Assembly (NCBI GenBank): GCA_965649765.1
Contig: OZ287749.1
Coordinates: 59,210,001-59,274,000, forward strand
Direction of reading: 5' to 3'
Source of the DNA: Bispira polyomma
Lineage: Eukaryota
DNA length: 64,000 nucleotides
Positions 50,048 through 61,510 of the stretch are shown here, one piece after another. A program made the position numbers and the translations under genes. The notes below the pieces were generated by a model. It was not told the DNA's origin and did not search any database. It saw only the letters and a program-made list of their open reading frames with translations. The stretch's first letter is position 1. Each line of letters starts with the position of its first letter.

Positions 50048-50679
50048 ATTCTGTAAATCTTATTCTGTAAATCTCAAAAGTGACCTTTAACCTTTCATTT
50101 TTTGTGTATTTTAAGCCTTGGTAAGGTTATTACGATTCCCTCACTACAAACCAACACAGATTTATGTTGTGCAATAAATGGGTGTTGAGTTGGGAGGGGG
50201 TTAGGGGGGGGGGATTATATAAAAAAACCCACACCCTTGGTTATAGATAGGGGGGGGGGGGGAGCTTATATAAAGTAATACTCTGGGCTTTTGCGTGTTA
50301 ACATCTCTTCAATTTCTCCCTTGATTGATGTATTATATTAGAGTGAATAACAACTAATATGGGATCAAATTAGTCCACAATCCGCCACCTAATTGTTTGG
50401 GACGGCGATCACGGCTCCTGGAGTAACCTGTTTAATGAAATACTTGATAGACACGAAACTGGCTGGATATTAGGGTGGTGCCCCCTGTGTAATGGAATCA
50501 GCTATGTATATTTGTGTGTTAGAGTATACAGAAGATAGAGAGATAAAAGGGGGGGTTCATGTCATAGGCACAGAATTAACATAGAACTGTTTGAGAGCGT
50601 GTAATTTCCACAGAACATAAGGTGTTAGGCAAAGTTTATAAGTAGTACGTCCAAGGAGGGGAACTTTGTATACAAGATG

Positions 50680-51020
50680 TCTGAGAGATAGATCTGAGAG
50701 GGCCAAATTTGTACGTAATATGTCCAAGAGATGGCAAATTTCTGAGAGGGCCATATTTGTACAGAATCTATCTGAGAGGGCCATATTTGTACAGAATATA
50801 TCTGAGAGGGCCATATCTGTACACAATATATCTGAGAGGGTCATATCTGTACACAATATATATATATGGGAAGACTATATTTGTACTGAATTAAGATGCT
50901 TAAGAGGGCCACATTTATATTATATCACTTGAGAGGGTCTCATTTCTATGAGCTGTTTTAGAGGGCCACATTTTGACAATATAAGATATTTTAAAGGGGC
51001 TTATAGCTGTATGAGAGGGC
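50680..51020. repeat. ~30-bp minisatellite, degenerating rightwards
   Basis: TCTGAGAGGGCCATATTTGTACAGAATATA repeated with exact 30-bp spacing at 50741-50850. Confidence 0.88.
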
Positions 51021-51254
51021 CTGATCATATATGATTTGACCTCAATGGCAAATCCACCTATTCAAAGGTCACAAAGGGTCACCTGATATTTTAAAAACCT
51101 TGCTATAACGCCTGACCTCAGACTGTTATATAAAAATCCAGATATTAATATAATCAACTGTTTCATCTGTTATATTGCCTTCTGAAGTGCAAGGCACTTA
51201 CATTGGGTCTGTGGCTTTCAGTACAGATGGTATTGGTTTCTTAAAGTTATTTCT

Positions 51255-51482
51255 GGGGCCACGGTGGCCTAGTGGTTAGCATGCATTGCGCTTCACAATC
51301 ACTGGTCTCTCACCTCTGGGCGGCGTGAGTTCCAATCCCGTCGATGCCTATGTGGGAAAGGTGGTAGTTCCTTACTGTGGGCCGCTGGTTTCAGTGCAGA
51401 ACCTAGATCAACTGTATGCAGTGTTTCCTCCAGCGTTTCCAACTACCCGTCCCAATATAACCTAAACAGGTACTAGAGTGGA
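51255..51482 (+). mobile_element. Young tRNA-derived SINE (V-SINE-like), 3'-truncated
   Basis: GGGGCCACGGTGGCCTAGTGGTTAGC (A-box), GAGTTCCAATCCC (B-box), body colinear with the reverse complement of 41534-41759. Confidence 0.9.
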
Positions 51483-51632
51483 TAAGTCTGACCATCACAA
51501 GTTGATGACACTAACATTGGTTAGGACTACATTATTTATTACATAAAGATACAGGTCTCATGACGTCACTAATTGTACTTTTGACCAGTAAACATTACAT
51601 AAATATACATGTATTATGTAGCGTCAACAATA

Positions 51633-52210
51633 AAGACTTTAAAGCAGACATACAAGAGTACCTTGTGTTATTCTATTAACTAATCAACATTGATTTAAAA
51701 ATCTAAAGATGTTAAAAACTAAAACTTTACTGTAGACATACATGAGTGCAGTATGGTATTGTGGTTACTAATCATCATTGATTTTAATATAGAGATATTA
51801 TAAACTGAAACACTTTACTATGTAGATAAACAGATGCGCAGTATGTTACTCTAGTAACAAATCATCATTGATTTCAATACAAAGATGTTAAAAACCATCA
51901 TTTTAATGTAGACATACTAATGATGATTAGTTTAAATATAGAAAAGGGTCAAATTAACACTTTACTTTAGACATACATGAGTGTCTTATGGTATTCTAGT
52001 AACTAATCATTATTGATTTAAAAAAAGAGATGTTAAATCTAAAAACACTTTACTGTGGACATACAAGAGTGTCTTATGGGTTTCTAGTAACTAATCATTA
52101 TTGATTTAAATATATGGATGTTAAAACTAAAAACACTTTACTGTGGACATACAGGAAGGAGTGTCTTGTGTTATCCTACTAACTAATCATCATTGGTGAA
52201 AATATAGAGC
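51633..52210. repeat. Degenerate ~85-bp AT-rich tandem repeat
   Basis: ACTTTACTGT(G/A)GACATACA.GAGT...TAACTAATCATCATTGATTT..GATGTTAAAA recurs 6-7 times. Confidence 0.8.
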
Positions 52211-52457
52211 CCTTTAAAACAACGATAATCCACCGCCTGATACAAGGCCATTCTAACAAACTGATGGGAATTTGGAGAAGTGGATTCTCACATATATAAT
52301 TAAAGATGTATACAGCCAGACCTTGTTCCAATAACTTTAACAATAACAAAGACTATGGTACAGCCAGATCTTAAATAACCGAAAACTTGGCCAAACTTTT
52401 TCGGGGGGGGGGGGGGGGGGTGTTATGTCTCCAACGTGTATTTTGTCTTGCCAATAC

Positions 52458-52620
52458 TATCTAATCAAATCTAATCTAATCTAGTCGTATTTTTATAGCG
52501 CTTAATCTTTGTACAACAAATTCTAAGGCGCAACAAACCCAAAACGTTAATCGAAAATCAAAAATAGTGGGCGGATGGAAGTCGTAACCAGGGAGACTAC
52601 CGTAAATGTAAATGTAAATA
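52458..52620 (-). mobile_element. 3' end of an L2-type LINE/SINE
   Basis: Reverse strand GCGCCTTAGA...AAGCGCTATAAAAAT followed by an (ATTAG)n tail; a related diverged piece lies at ~58700-58825. Confidence 0.6.
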
Positions 52621-55459
52621 TCTATGTTACCAGTATGTTTAAGTTAATATCCTACTTTAAAACTTAATCAATATCCAACAAAATTAAAATATTGAATTAA
52701 TGTAACCTTTCTTAAGGCCCAGGCTTGTCAGAAGGCCTGAGATATATATATGTATGCATTCAATTCTACCATATTGTACTTGTGTAAGTGCCTGGCCAGA
52801 ACTACCAGTGGGGCTTTACAAAAGGCTAGGAATGGCTTAAGTGTCTTTATAGAAATACAGGGTGGGGGGGGGGGCAGTAAGAAAATGAAGTTGGTATAAA
52901 CTAAAAGACAATTAAGAATCCCCCCCCCCCCCCCCCAAAAAAAAAAAAAAAAAAAAAAATTAAAAAAAAGTAAATAAATAAAAAAATACTAATAATAATA
53001 ACAAAATAAATAAATAAAATCCAACTAACATTTCATGACCTATCAATTGTACAAAATGCAAACTTATTATTCATGTGAACTTATTGTAGCAAAGGATGCC
53101 TATAGAGGAATCTGTACTGTTTATATACAAAAATCTGTGCATATTATACATTGTATTTTACGATTATCAGCTGTTTCTTCCATATTTCCTTACATTTCAA
53201 ATAGCTTAATATGGCTGATAAGGTAGTTAATTGATGGCTAAACAGAAACACAAGCTCTAGAAACTGTATATCTATATAAACAGTCAAGAGGTTCTTTAAA
53301 TTGCTGTTTTTTATCTGGACCCTCTAGAGTTACAGATTTCTCATGAAGGCAAAAGCTATTAGCAAAGACCTGCTTCTTGCTTGTTTTACCCAGAACTTCA
53401 GGGCACAGAACCATCTGGTTAGTTTTCCCTATTTAACTATCAAAATATGAGTTAATGACTCTGTAGGACTAGCTCCCTACTGAGAAGATTAGTTATTTTA
53501 TCCACACGGTTTGTTGTTCTAGCTTGTCAGCACCAATTTGGTACCAAGGAGAAAAGAGTAAATTAAGGAGAGGGAAACAGACAGAGAAAAAATCTCGTCT
53601 GCAAAATATAATATAACTTTACGGGGCGTGGTTTGGGAACGGGTACTCGGCTGTCAATCATTTGGGTGTTTTATTTTTAGAAAGGGGAGAAATGCACGTG
53701 TTTTATATGCTAAGTGATATTTACTAAGTATTGTTTCCTTTAGGCGTGTGGGGATAGGAGGGGCTAGTGTGGAGGCATGTCTCGTGTTTGCAATAAAAAA
53801 TGATTGTATTCTACGATTACAGTCTAGAAGCTTGTGGTTCATAACGATCATACAGACATGTATATCACCGAGGTGACTTTGTTTATGAGACGACCCCCGG
53901 AAAGACCGATCGATACGAGACATTCTATTGGCTGATCTGTTTCCTCTCATTCCATTGGACTAAGTAGCTGGTCAATCAAAACCCTCGGGTTTTTTTTTGT
54001 GACTGACGAAAACAAGAAGATATTGTTATTGTGCCTGTAATAAAGGTTCTTGGGATGTGATTTAGCGTCGTTAAAACTCTCATCACAATCCTGCAGTAAC
54101 AACTTATTACATCGGCTCATTAGAGGACTGTGATTTTGCTGGGTTAGTTGAATAACATTTCAGTGTAAAATATTAAGTTTGAATGTATAAATAATCTATA
54201 AAAAATTACCAATAATGACACATAGTAGAATTTTTATATGTTAGACCAAGTAAACAAAAACCACATGTACATATGGTATATCTTTTAAATGAACCATTTT
54301 TAACTACAAAAACAGAAGCCAAAATGCCTGATGTTGTGGTCCATTTCAAACTAATTACAGTCAACACTTCTTGTTTATTTATCTATTTAGGTGTAATTAT
54401 GAACACAAGTATAGAGCATTATTAGTAGATTACCACTGCTAATACCAGGTCCATGGTTTGGTATATTTATTTACTTTGAGTCCCAGTGAAATAATAATAA
54501 CAATAAATTTTTTTTTTTTTACCACTAGACAAATTAAATGTAAAATAAGTTTCAAAATATAACTTGTCCACCGAAATCAAATGTGATATTTACTAAAATA
54601 CATCATACTTTAATATACTATTTTACTAATTTTAGTAGTTTATGTTTAAGTTAGGTTTAGGTAGAAGTTAGACTAAAAGTTAGCAAGCTAGGTAATTAAT
54701 AATAAAAAAAACTTCTTTTTTCGTGCTTCATATGTTTTTAGCATAAAATAGTTTATATCTGAGCGTGGGCTCCTTACAAACCAATAAAGCCCTAGTAAAT
54801 GTTGTATTTTACAATATTAATCTGCATCAACATTGTATATACAACTATTGCTGGCTTTTCCTAAACCACCAGGTGAGTTTTGTTCATTTTAAACATATGT
54901 GCACAATATATGTATTTTTCCGTCCCTTTATTTACTTTGTGGATCCTGTTACTTTATAAACTCACAACACTCAAAAACACACACTCGAAGTGTGATTATA
55001 TAGAATTGGAGGTGTGAACATTTATATATATACTAACTATGTATAAATCAGCTGAGAGGAAAACTAATGCATCATTCATCTTATTCCCTGATTGTTTTCT
55101 TATTGACATAATGATAGTCATTAGTCAATTAGTAGGACATACATTATAACAAAGCAAAAACACCCGATGCTTAATATAAACATGCTTTTGTAAAAAATAT
55201 TATTCAGGAAATTGACTTCCCCACACCTTAACTGATCAAATAATTAATAAAATATAAGCTTTACAATTAAGCTATTTACCTATAGAAAACAGAGTACCTT
55301 AAAATAGACAGACTTGATGCTGCTCTATATGATTCTAACGTGTTTAGTGGATTCCTATAGTAAGGGCTTGGTTACTTTATATAGTATAAGAGAGCTAGTT
55401 TTGGTTTATTTATAGAATACAGGTTTCGATTATTACAATACTTCTGCAAAGATCGTGTA

Positions 55460-55690
55460 CCACAGTGGCTTGACGATTGATAAGTGTCTGTTTTAATATT
55501 ACCAGCCTCTGACCTCTATGGACAATAGGTTTAACTCTCACTCCTCCCTTCATGTGGGTAAGTTTGCCAGGTACTTGACGTAGGTCGATGGTTTTCAGTA
55601 TAGAAATAGTATTGCTGTCCTACACTAATATAAATCTGGACGTCATAAGATGACCAAAAGATACTGAAAATTACATACAACATAGATAAA
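55460..55690 (+). mobile_element. Old tRNA-derived SINE copy
   Basis: CACAGTGGC head, GACCTCT, ATGTGGGTAAGTTTGCCAGGTACTTG..GGTCGATGGTTTTCAG core. Confidence 0.55.
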
Positions 55691-56047
55691 TAAATATACT
55701 GACCAATTCAAACTTATACTGAGTATATTAACTGAACATTTGACAATGAATACAAATGCTATACCTAGAGTATCTGTTGGTATTACTACTATACAGTTCA
55801 AAGTTCCAATACCCAGCAATACTAAAGTCTGTGACTTGAGGGGTGAAAAGGCAGTATTATATTTCGGGCCATTTATTCAATATACCAACATCAATCTACA
55901 ATAACATGACATATTAAGATTTTAGTATTGTTAACCAACATTGACCACAATTGACATTTTACAAGTGGTAGAGAATAAAATGGGACGGATCCCAAACCGA
56001 AATCGGTATTATAGGATTCTGTGTTGTATTAGGTCAGGGAACTAGAA

Positions 56048-56275
56048 ATCGGTAGTGTAGTGGTAACAAACTCGCCTCCCATCTCTACCATTGTGGGTTT
56101 AAGTCTCAGCCATGGGGTATATCTTTGAAAATTGGCAGTAGACTTGCTAAAGGTAAGTGGTTTGCAGAACCCCAAAAACCCCTTGACCAATTACCCTGTT
56201 TTGATTTCCTCCATCTTAGGGTGGTGACACAAGATGTTTGAGAGTGATTTATACCCAAAACTAGACTAAACTAAA
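56048..56275 (+). mobile_element. Old tRNA-derived SINE copy
   Basis: CGGTAGTGTAGTGGTAAC, CTCGCCTCCCATCTCT, TTGGCAGTAGACTTGCTAAAGG, TTTCCTCCA. Confidence 0.65.
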
Positions 56276-57169
56276 TCTTGTATTAGGTTAATATCATTTA
56301 ATTGCATGAGGGTTTTTTTCCTATTTCTAATTCTACACAGATTTTTACTGAATCAATGTTTTCCCCTTAAATAAATGCTATGTATTCATTCATATTCTTG
56401 AACCATACACAGTTATTTCAATCTAGACATACACACATCAAAAAATAATTATACACACAGCAATACATATCAGAAAGGTGCCTGCTGATTCAACCATATA
56501 CAACACATTTCGTCTTTCCCCCTAAAAATAATAGTTAATAAGAACACATCATCACATTTGTGAAAGGTTTTGTATTTCACACTTGCTGGATTTGTGTGTG
56601 TGTGTTGGGGGGGGGGGGGGGTTTAACCCTGATGACATGCTTGACACTATAATGTAGTCTCCTGGGTGCAGACGACACACATTTTCCAGAGACAAGTCAA
56701 CACATCCCGAAAAAAAGTTGACATTTTAACATCTCCCCAAACGCACGCCCGTAAACGGGAGCAGGCTAATCGTCGGCACTTGGAGATTAGCGGCCATTCG
56801 GATTCGGACGTGAGTGAGTTAGCCCCGAGGTGTAGGTGTGGGGTGTGAGTGCCTAGAAATCAGTTCAATGCTAGGGTGGGTGTAATGCCACCACCCCACC
56901 TAGCCTTTTAGCAGACATTCTAACCCCTCCCATCCCTCCCCAACCCCAGGGCTAATCTTATACTGACATGACTATTAGCAGTGCTGCAGTAACAATCTAT
57001 CCATTTATGAAAATCCTCCGTTATTGAAATTATCGGCTCTGGTTGCCACAAAAGGTTGTCCTCCTATTAAAATGGCTTTAAAAGATAACCGGCATCATAA
57101 TTTAGACAAGTAAACTTGAAACACAGGCATTTTCTCTCACTGAGAAAGTGTGAGTGTATGCGTGTATAG

Positions 57170-57365
57170 CTGAGTGAATGTCTGGTAGATGTACGGTTAC
57201 TGAGGCAGTGTATATTTATATAACTGAGCCAATGTCTAGGTAGATGTATGGTTACTGAGGCAGTGTATGTTTATATAACTGAGCAAATGTGTGGGTAGAT
57301 GTATGGTTACTGAGAGAGTGTGTCAGTGTATATAAGTTTGTGAATGTCTTGATAGATGTATGGTT
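57170..57365. repeat. 55-bp minisatellite, ~3.5 copies
   Basis: TAGATGTA(C/T)GGTT at 57186, 57241, 57296 and ~57353. Confidence 0.85.
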
Positions 57366-57779
57366 TCTGCAAAAAGCCAATCAAGAGAAGTTATCAAGCC
57401 AATTTCTGTTTATATTTTTAATATTCAAACTTTAGTCAGATGGTCCATTGTCTGGATTTTAGTTCTACCTCTTTTGCTAATTTCACTAATTCGCCAGCTA
57501 GTAAGGAATATAGCATCAAAGAATATAATCCATTTATAAATATCAAGCTCCTTCAGGTAAAGCTGACTTATCTATGCAAGGACCTATATTCAAATATTGT
57601 ATTGTATTCAAATTTATACTTAGTGCATTGAACTATCTTTGGCTGGCATTCAAAGCCCTAAATAACCCAACCTAATTACAGCCAACCAGCACCAGTAACT
57701 GCCATTGAACTAACTTAAGAGGATTCAGGATAACCATTTATCCACATCCCCAAGGTTGTATAGCCTGCCACTCGGGTTG

Positions 57780-57897
57780 ATACTACACCTCGGAATATCA
57801 CTTGGAATCAGAATGGACTCGGAAAAAAACGGCCTGGAGGGAAAAATGCCCTGATCCGACCGCCCTGGACCAGGGCATTTATTCCGAGGTGTAGTAT
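57780..57897. mobile_element. 118-bp miniature inverted-repeat element
   Basis: Perfect 18-bp inverted ends ATACTACACCTCGGAATA / TATTCCGAGGTGTAGTAT. Confidence 0.75.
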
Positions 57898-60356
57898 GTA
57901 CCTGCCACTCGGGATAAGACGTAATGACAGAGGACTGTCATTGAAAAGGGTTAATCCAAACCACAATATATATCTGTCTGTACCTTGTCACACCAGGCTG
58001 GGTGGGATCAAACCTAGATCCTCTGCATTCTTAGATGAGTGTGTTAGCCATCAGGCAACAAGTGTATAAATGTCTAATCTGCAACCATCTGATCAATTTA
58101 ATCAGGAAAAAGACACACTGGTTTAAAATGACACACACACTGTGTGTCTTCATTTAGAATAGAAACAGGTAACACACATCTTGCAAGTTTATAGACTTTA
58201 TTATGAACCAAGAATTGACAGAAACCTTTTAATAACACAATGGGCTCATACAATGAGGGATTAAATTGAAATTGTGGCAGTTAATCAAACTACTAGTGAT
58301 CATTGCTGCCCCATAAACCCCCTACCTCCTATGTACTGTAGTTAGATTAGTTTTTAGATCACCCCCTACTGTAAGGGCGGCTGGCCTCACTGTTAAGGAG
58401 GACTTTTGAGGGTGGATTTTTTCGTGGGAGTTGTTACTCCTAATTATCCATAGGGATACAATAAAAGGGGGTGGAATTTGTGTGAATATAATAATAAAAC
58501 AGCACTGGGCCACAACAGTGTAATGTCTTTTTGTATGATCCCACCCCCTTGGTGTGTGTATAACCGGTGTCACACAGATATCACAGTGAGATGGACGAGT
58601 GACAGGATAGGCCACGCCCACCTACCACCTTCATCTATTGGCAGAAAGCCAACAATTTGATTTAATCGTGGATTATGTTTGACAGAAATTTTAGCTAATC
58701 AATATCGTAATGGCACTTAATCTCCGAACTAGCAAAATCTAAGGCGTAACAACCAAAATCATTGTTTAGTTATCGTATTGTGGTGGACAGAAAAAGTGTG
58801 GACCGTTAGCAGAGAGGCAGCCGATGATGGCAATACTTCTTCTTTTTTTGCATGGCATAACTTCCTTATTTCTTGTCCTATTCTAATAATGCTCTCTACC
58901 ACTTAGATACAAATACCACAACCTTTTTGGTGCACAGTTAATAAGCCACATGCAAACTTCTCCGCCATTCAGGGGTAGTTTTTGACATAGACAAATGCAG
59001 AACAGATTCCATACATATATGTTAATCCCCAAAACAACCTCAAACGTCTCTTGAATTGCCTTGTATGTACACATGTATGCGGCCTCCGATGTAAGACATC
59101 TGATTTGCAGAAACGATTTTTTTTCTCTCCTCGTATTTGTTTTAGTTCTTCACATGTCTCAGACTGTGAATTGTGATGCACGATTAGCGGCTTCCGACAT
59201 CTGTGCGCATTTTGCGTAAAAATTACCCCATGACTTATTTTTGAATGTATAAAGACAGTGGAAGTGGCCCGAAGATACTAAACAAACTGGTGTAAGAATT
59301 ATTATTTAAAAAAGATATAAAATAACTATGGATTGAGTGGTACAATCAATTTCAGTTTGGTGAAAGTCTAGAAGCCTGTACTATTATAGGTCTTACGGTA
59401 ACATGCTTGTTATTTGTTGACCTATTTATACTGGTGGTCAAAACTCAGAGGTTTGTGCCTCTTCAGTATGGAAAAATGTTATTGTATGGTTAGCATTGAA
59501 AGACTGCCAAGGGTGAAGGTCTGCATGGTTGTATAAGGTTTAAATTAGTTTGGTTAATGATGGCTGGTTAGCACTTGGAAGGCTGCCAAAGGTGGAGGTC
59601 CATATAGTCGTATAAAGTGTACATGGTATTAATATACTTATGCCTTCTTAGCTGTTAAAGCAATAATTCCTAGGTGGTAACTAGCTCAGTTGGTCTAGTT
59701 TACGGTCATACATCTAGCCATACAGCTAGCCTAAATGTTCATGGGGGGGATTTCACTCAGTGGTTTTAATTTCTTTGGCCAGACGTTTGGCCTCTATATA
59801 AACTGGTGTAAATGTTATAAATCTTTAGTTTAAATGAGATACCAGTGTTGATGTTGGAAATTCGGTTGGGGGCTGACATAACCTCATACTGTTACCTTAT
59901 TTTACAACACTAAGTTTTAGTAGGTAGTGGCTTGGTGGCTATGACTCTTGCATGGTGACGGACAACCTAATGTGTAACTGTAACTGTTTGGGGTACAGAC
60001 AATCTTGTACGGACAACGAATGAGTAGTGCTGGTGTTTAACCCGTGGGTGGTGGACACGCAGGCAGACTCTGGAACACAAAGTGTTGGTAGTTGCGTGGT
60101 CAGAGATAAATTCTGGGCAGTATATGCTTTGGTAGGCCCAGTAGTATTGGTGTGACCACGTGTAGTGAGAGTGGGGTGAAACGAACAGTTACGGTGACTC
60201 TTGACCTTTGGGTACTGGCACGAGAACGAGAACGTTATGCTTGAGCATGGGTACAGAGATATAGTCACGCTACTATCACTTGTAAAGGGTATCTAGGTAT
60301 CTTTTATGTTTTAGTAAGGTGGGTGCCTCGACACCAGTTTTTTTTGAGAAAATATT

Positions 60357-61510
60357 ATGCGCAGTCAGCACCAAAGGGCTGCCAAAAATATCGCCTATTG
60401 CTTCAAGTGTGACGACCGACACTGTCGACCTGTGGGGGTGAGTTGTCCATTCTCCCTGAACCAACTGGAGGAGCTGTCGGAGTATGTTATGGCTGAGGTG
60501 AACTCCCCTCCTGGACATGATGATTACCAAATTCCACCGGGGCAGAAGTCGCCGGCACAAGACGGGACGTCGGAAGCAGCTGCTGATGTAACCCAGGCGC
60601 CTGTGGCCGACAAGCTGGATGCCATAATGCTACATTTGCGTAAGTTGGACGACCAGTTACAGCAAGTAAAAGGCGATAGACTAAAAGATGTACAAATGTT
60701 TAAATTAGCCTGCGTTAGTGCTGACACACAGAAAGTAACTTCCCCAGTGAGGTCCCCTTCGCGTACTGGCTATGTGCCAATGTCTGATACTGACTGGGCC
60801 AAAGAGGTAGAGAAAGCTAGGCAAGCTCCAGATCCCGAGCTAGATGACGTCGAGAAACTGGTAGTGTCCTCTACTACTTTCTTAAAGAATAATATACAGT
60901 TACAGAGGCGTGTGGATTCCCACCTCACGGCCTTGGATGAGACACACGGAACAGAACTTCAAGGTAGAAAATTGAAATCAGGTTTATTTTGAAATGGTGA
61001 CAGTCATGTTAAAGTTGATATTACGTGGCCTCATGAGTACTCATGAGTCAGGGTTTCATTGGTTGCGTGTTAGAGCAAAATGATCCGATAATCAGACAGA
61101 ATATGTTGCAATATTGCCAAATTCTTTTCCAGGACGCACAGGAGACCAATTGGTTTACTGCCAAAACCGCCCACAAAGTCCTGTTATTGGAAATGGAAAG
61201 GGGTAAATTGACGTGGGAAAATTTTGAGGCTGTGAATCGACTCAGGGCTCGTTATACCCAACGTACTATTCACCCGCCACAGCAAAATAGTAAAAAACCA
61301 GGCCAAACTAAACCCCCGGCTACTTGTTGTTTCTTTAATAGGGGACACTGTAATCATGACAGTGATCATGTCGAGGAAAATGTCCTTCAAAAACACGCTT
61401 GTTCTTATTGTTACAAAACTGTCAAACGCTTTGTCATTTCTCATGGAGAGTCCACGTGTTTCAAAAAACAAAGTCAGAGCTCAAAAAACTCGGCCAGTGG
61501 CGGAAGTTAG
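60357..61510 (+). pseudogene. DIRS gag-like ORF, disrupted
   Basis: N-terminal CFKCDDRHCRPVGVSC, LKSG...V.ITWPHEY, LLEMERGKLTW, C-terminal zinc finger CCFFNRGHC...HACSYC...H...C; premature TGA at 60990 and frameshift near 61040. Confidence 0.8.

Noticed and set aside
51255-51345. tRNA gene
   Set aside because: A and B boxes are present, but the sequence continues into a SINE body shared with many copies and has no proper cloverleaf or terminator.
57420-57640. Coding-like fragment near ORF 57440..57631
   Set aside because: No recognisable motif in any frame and no convincing splice sites.
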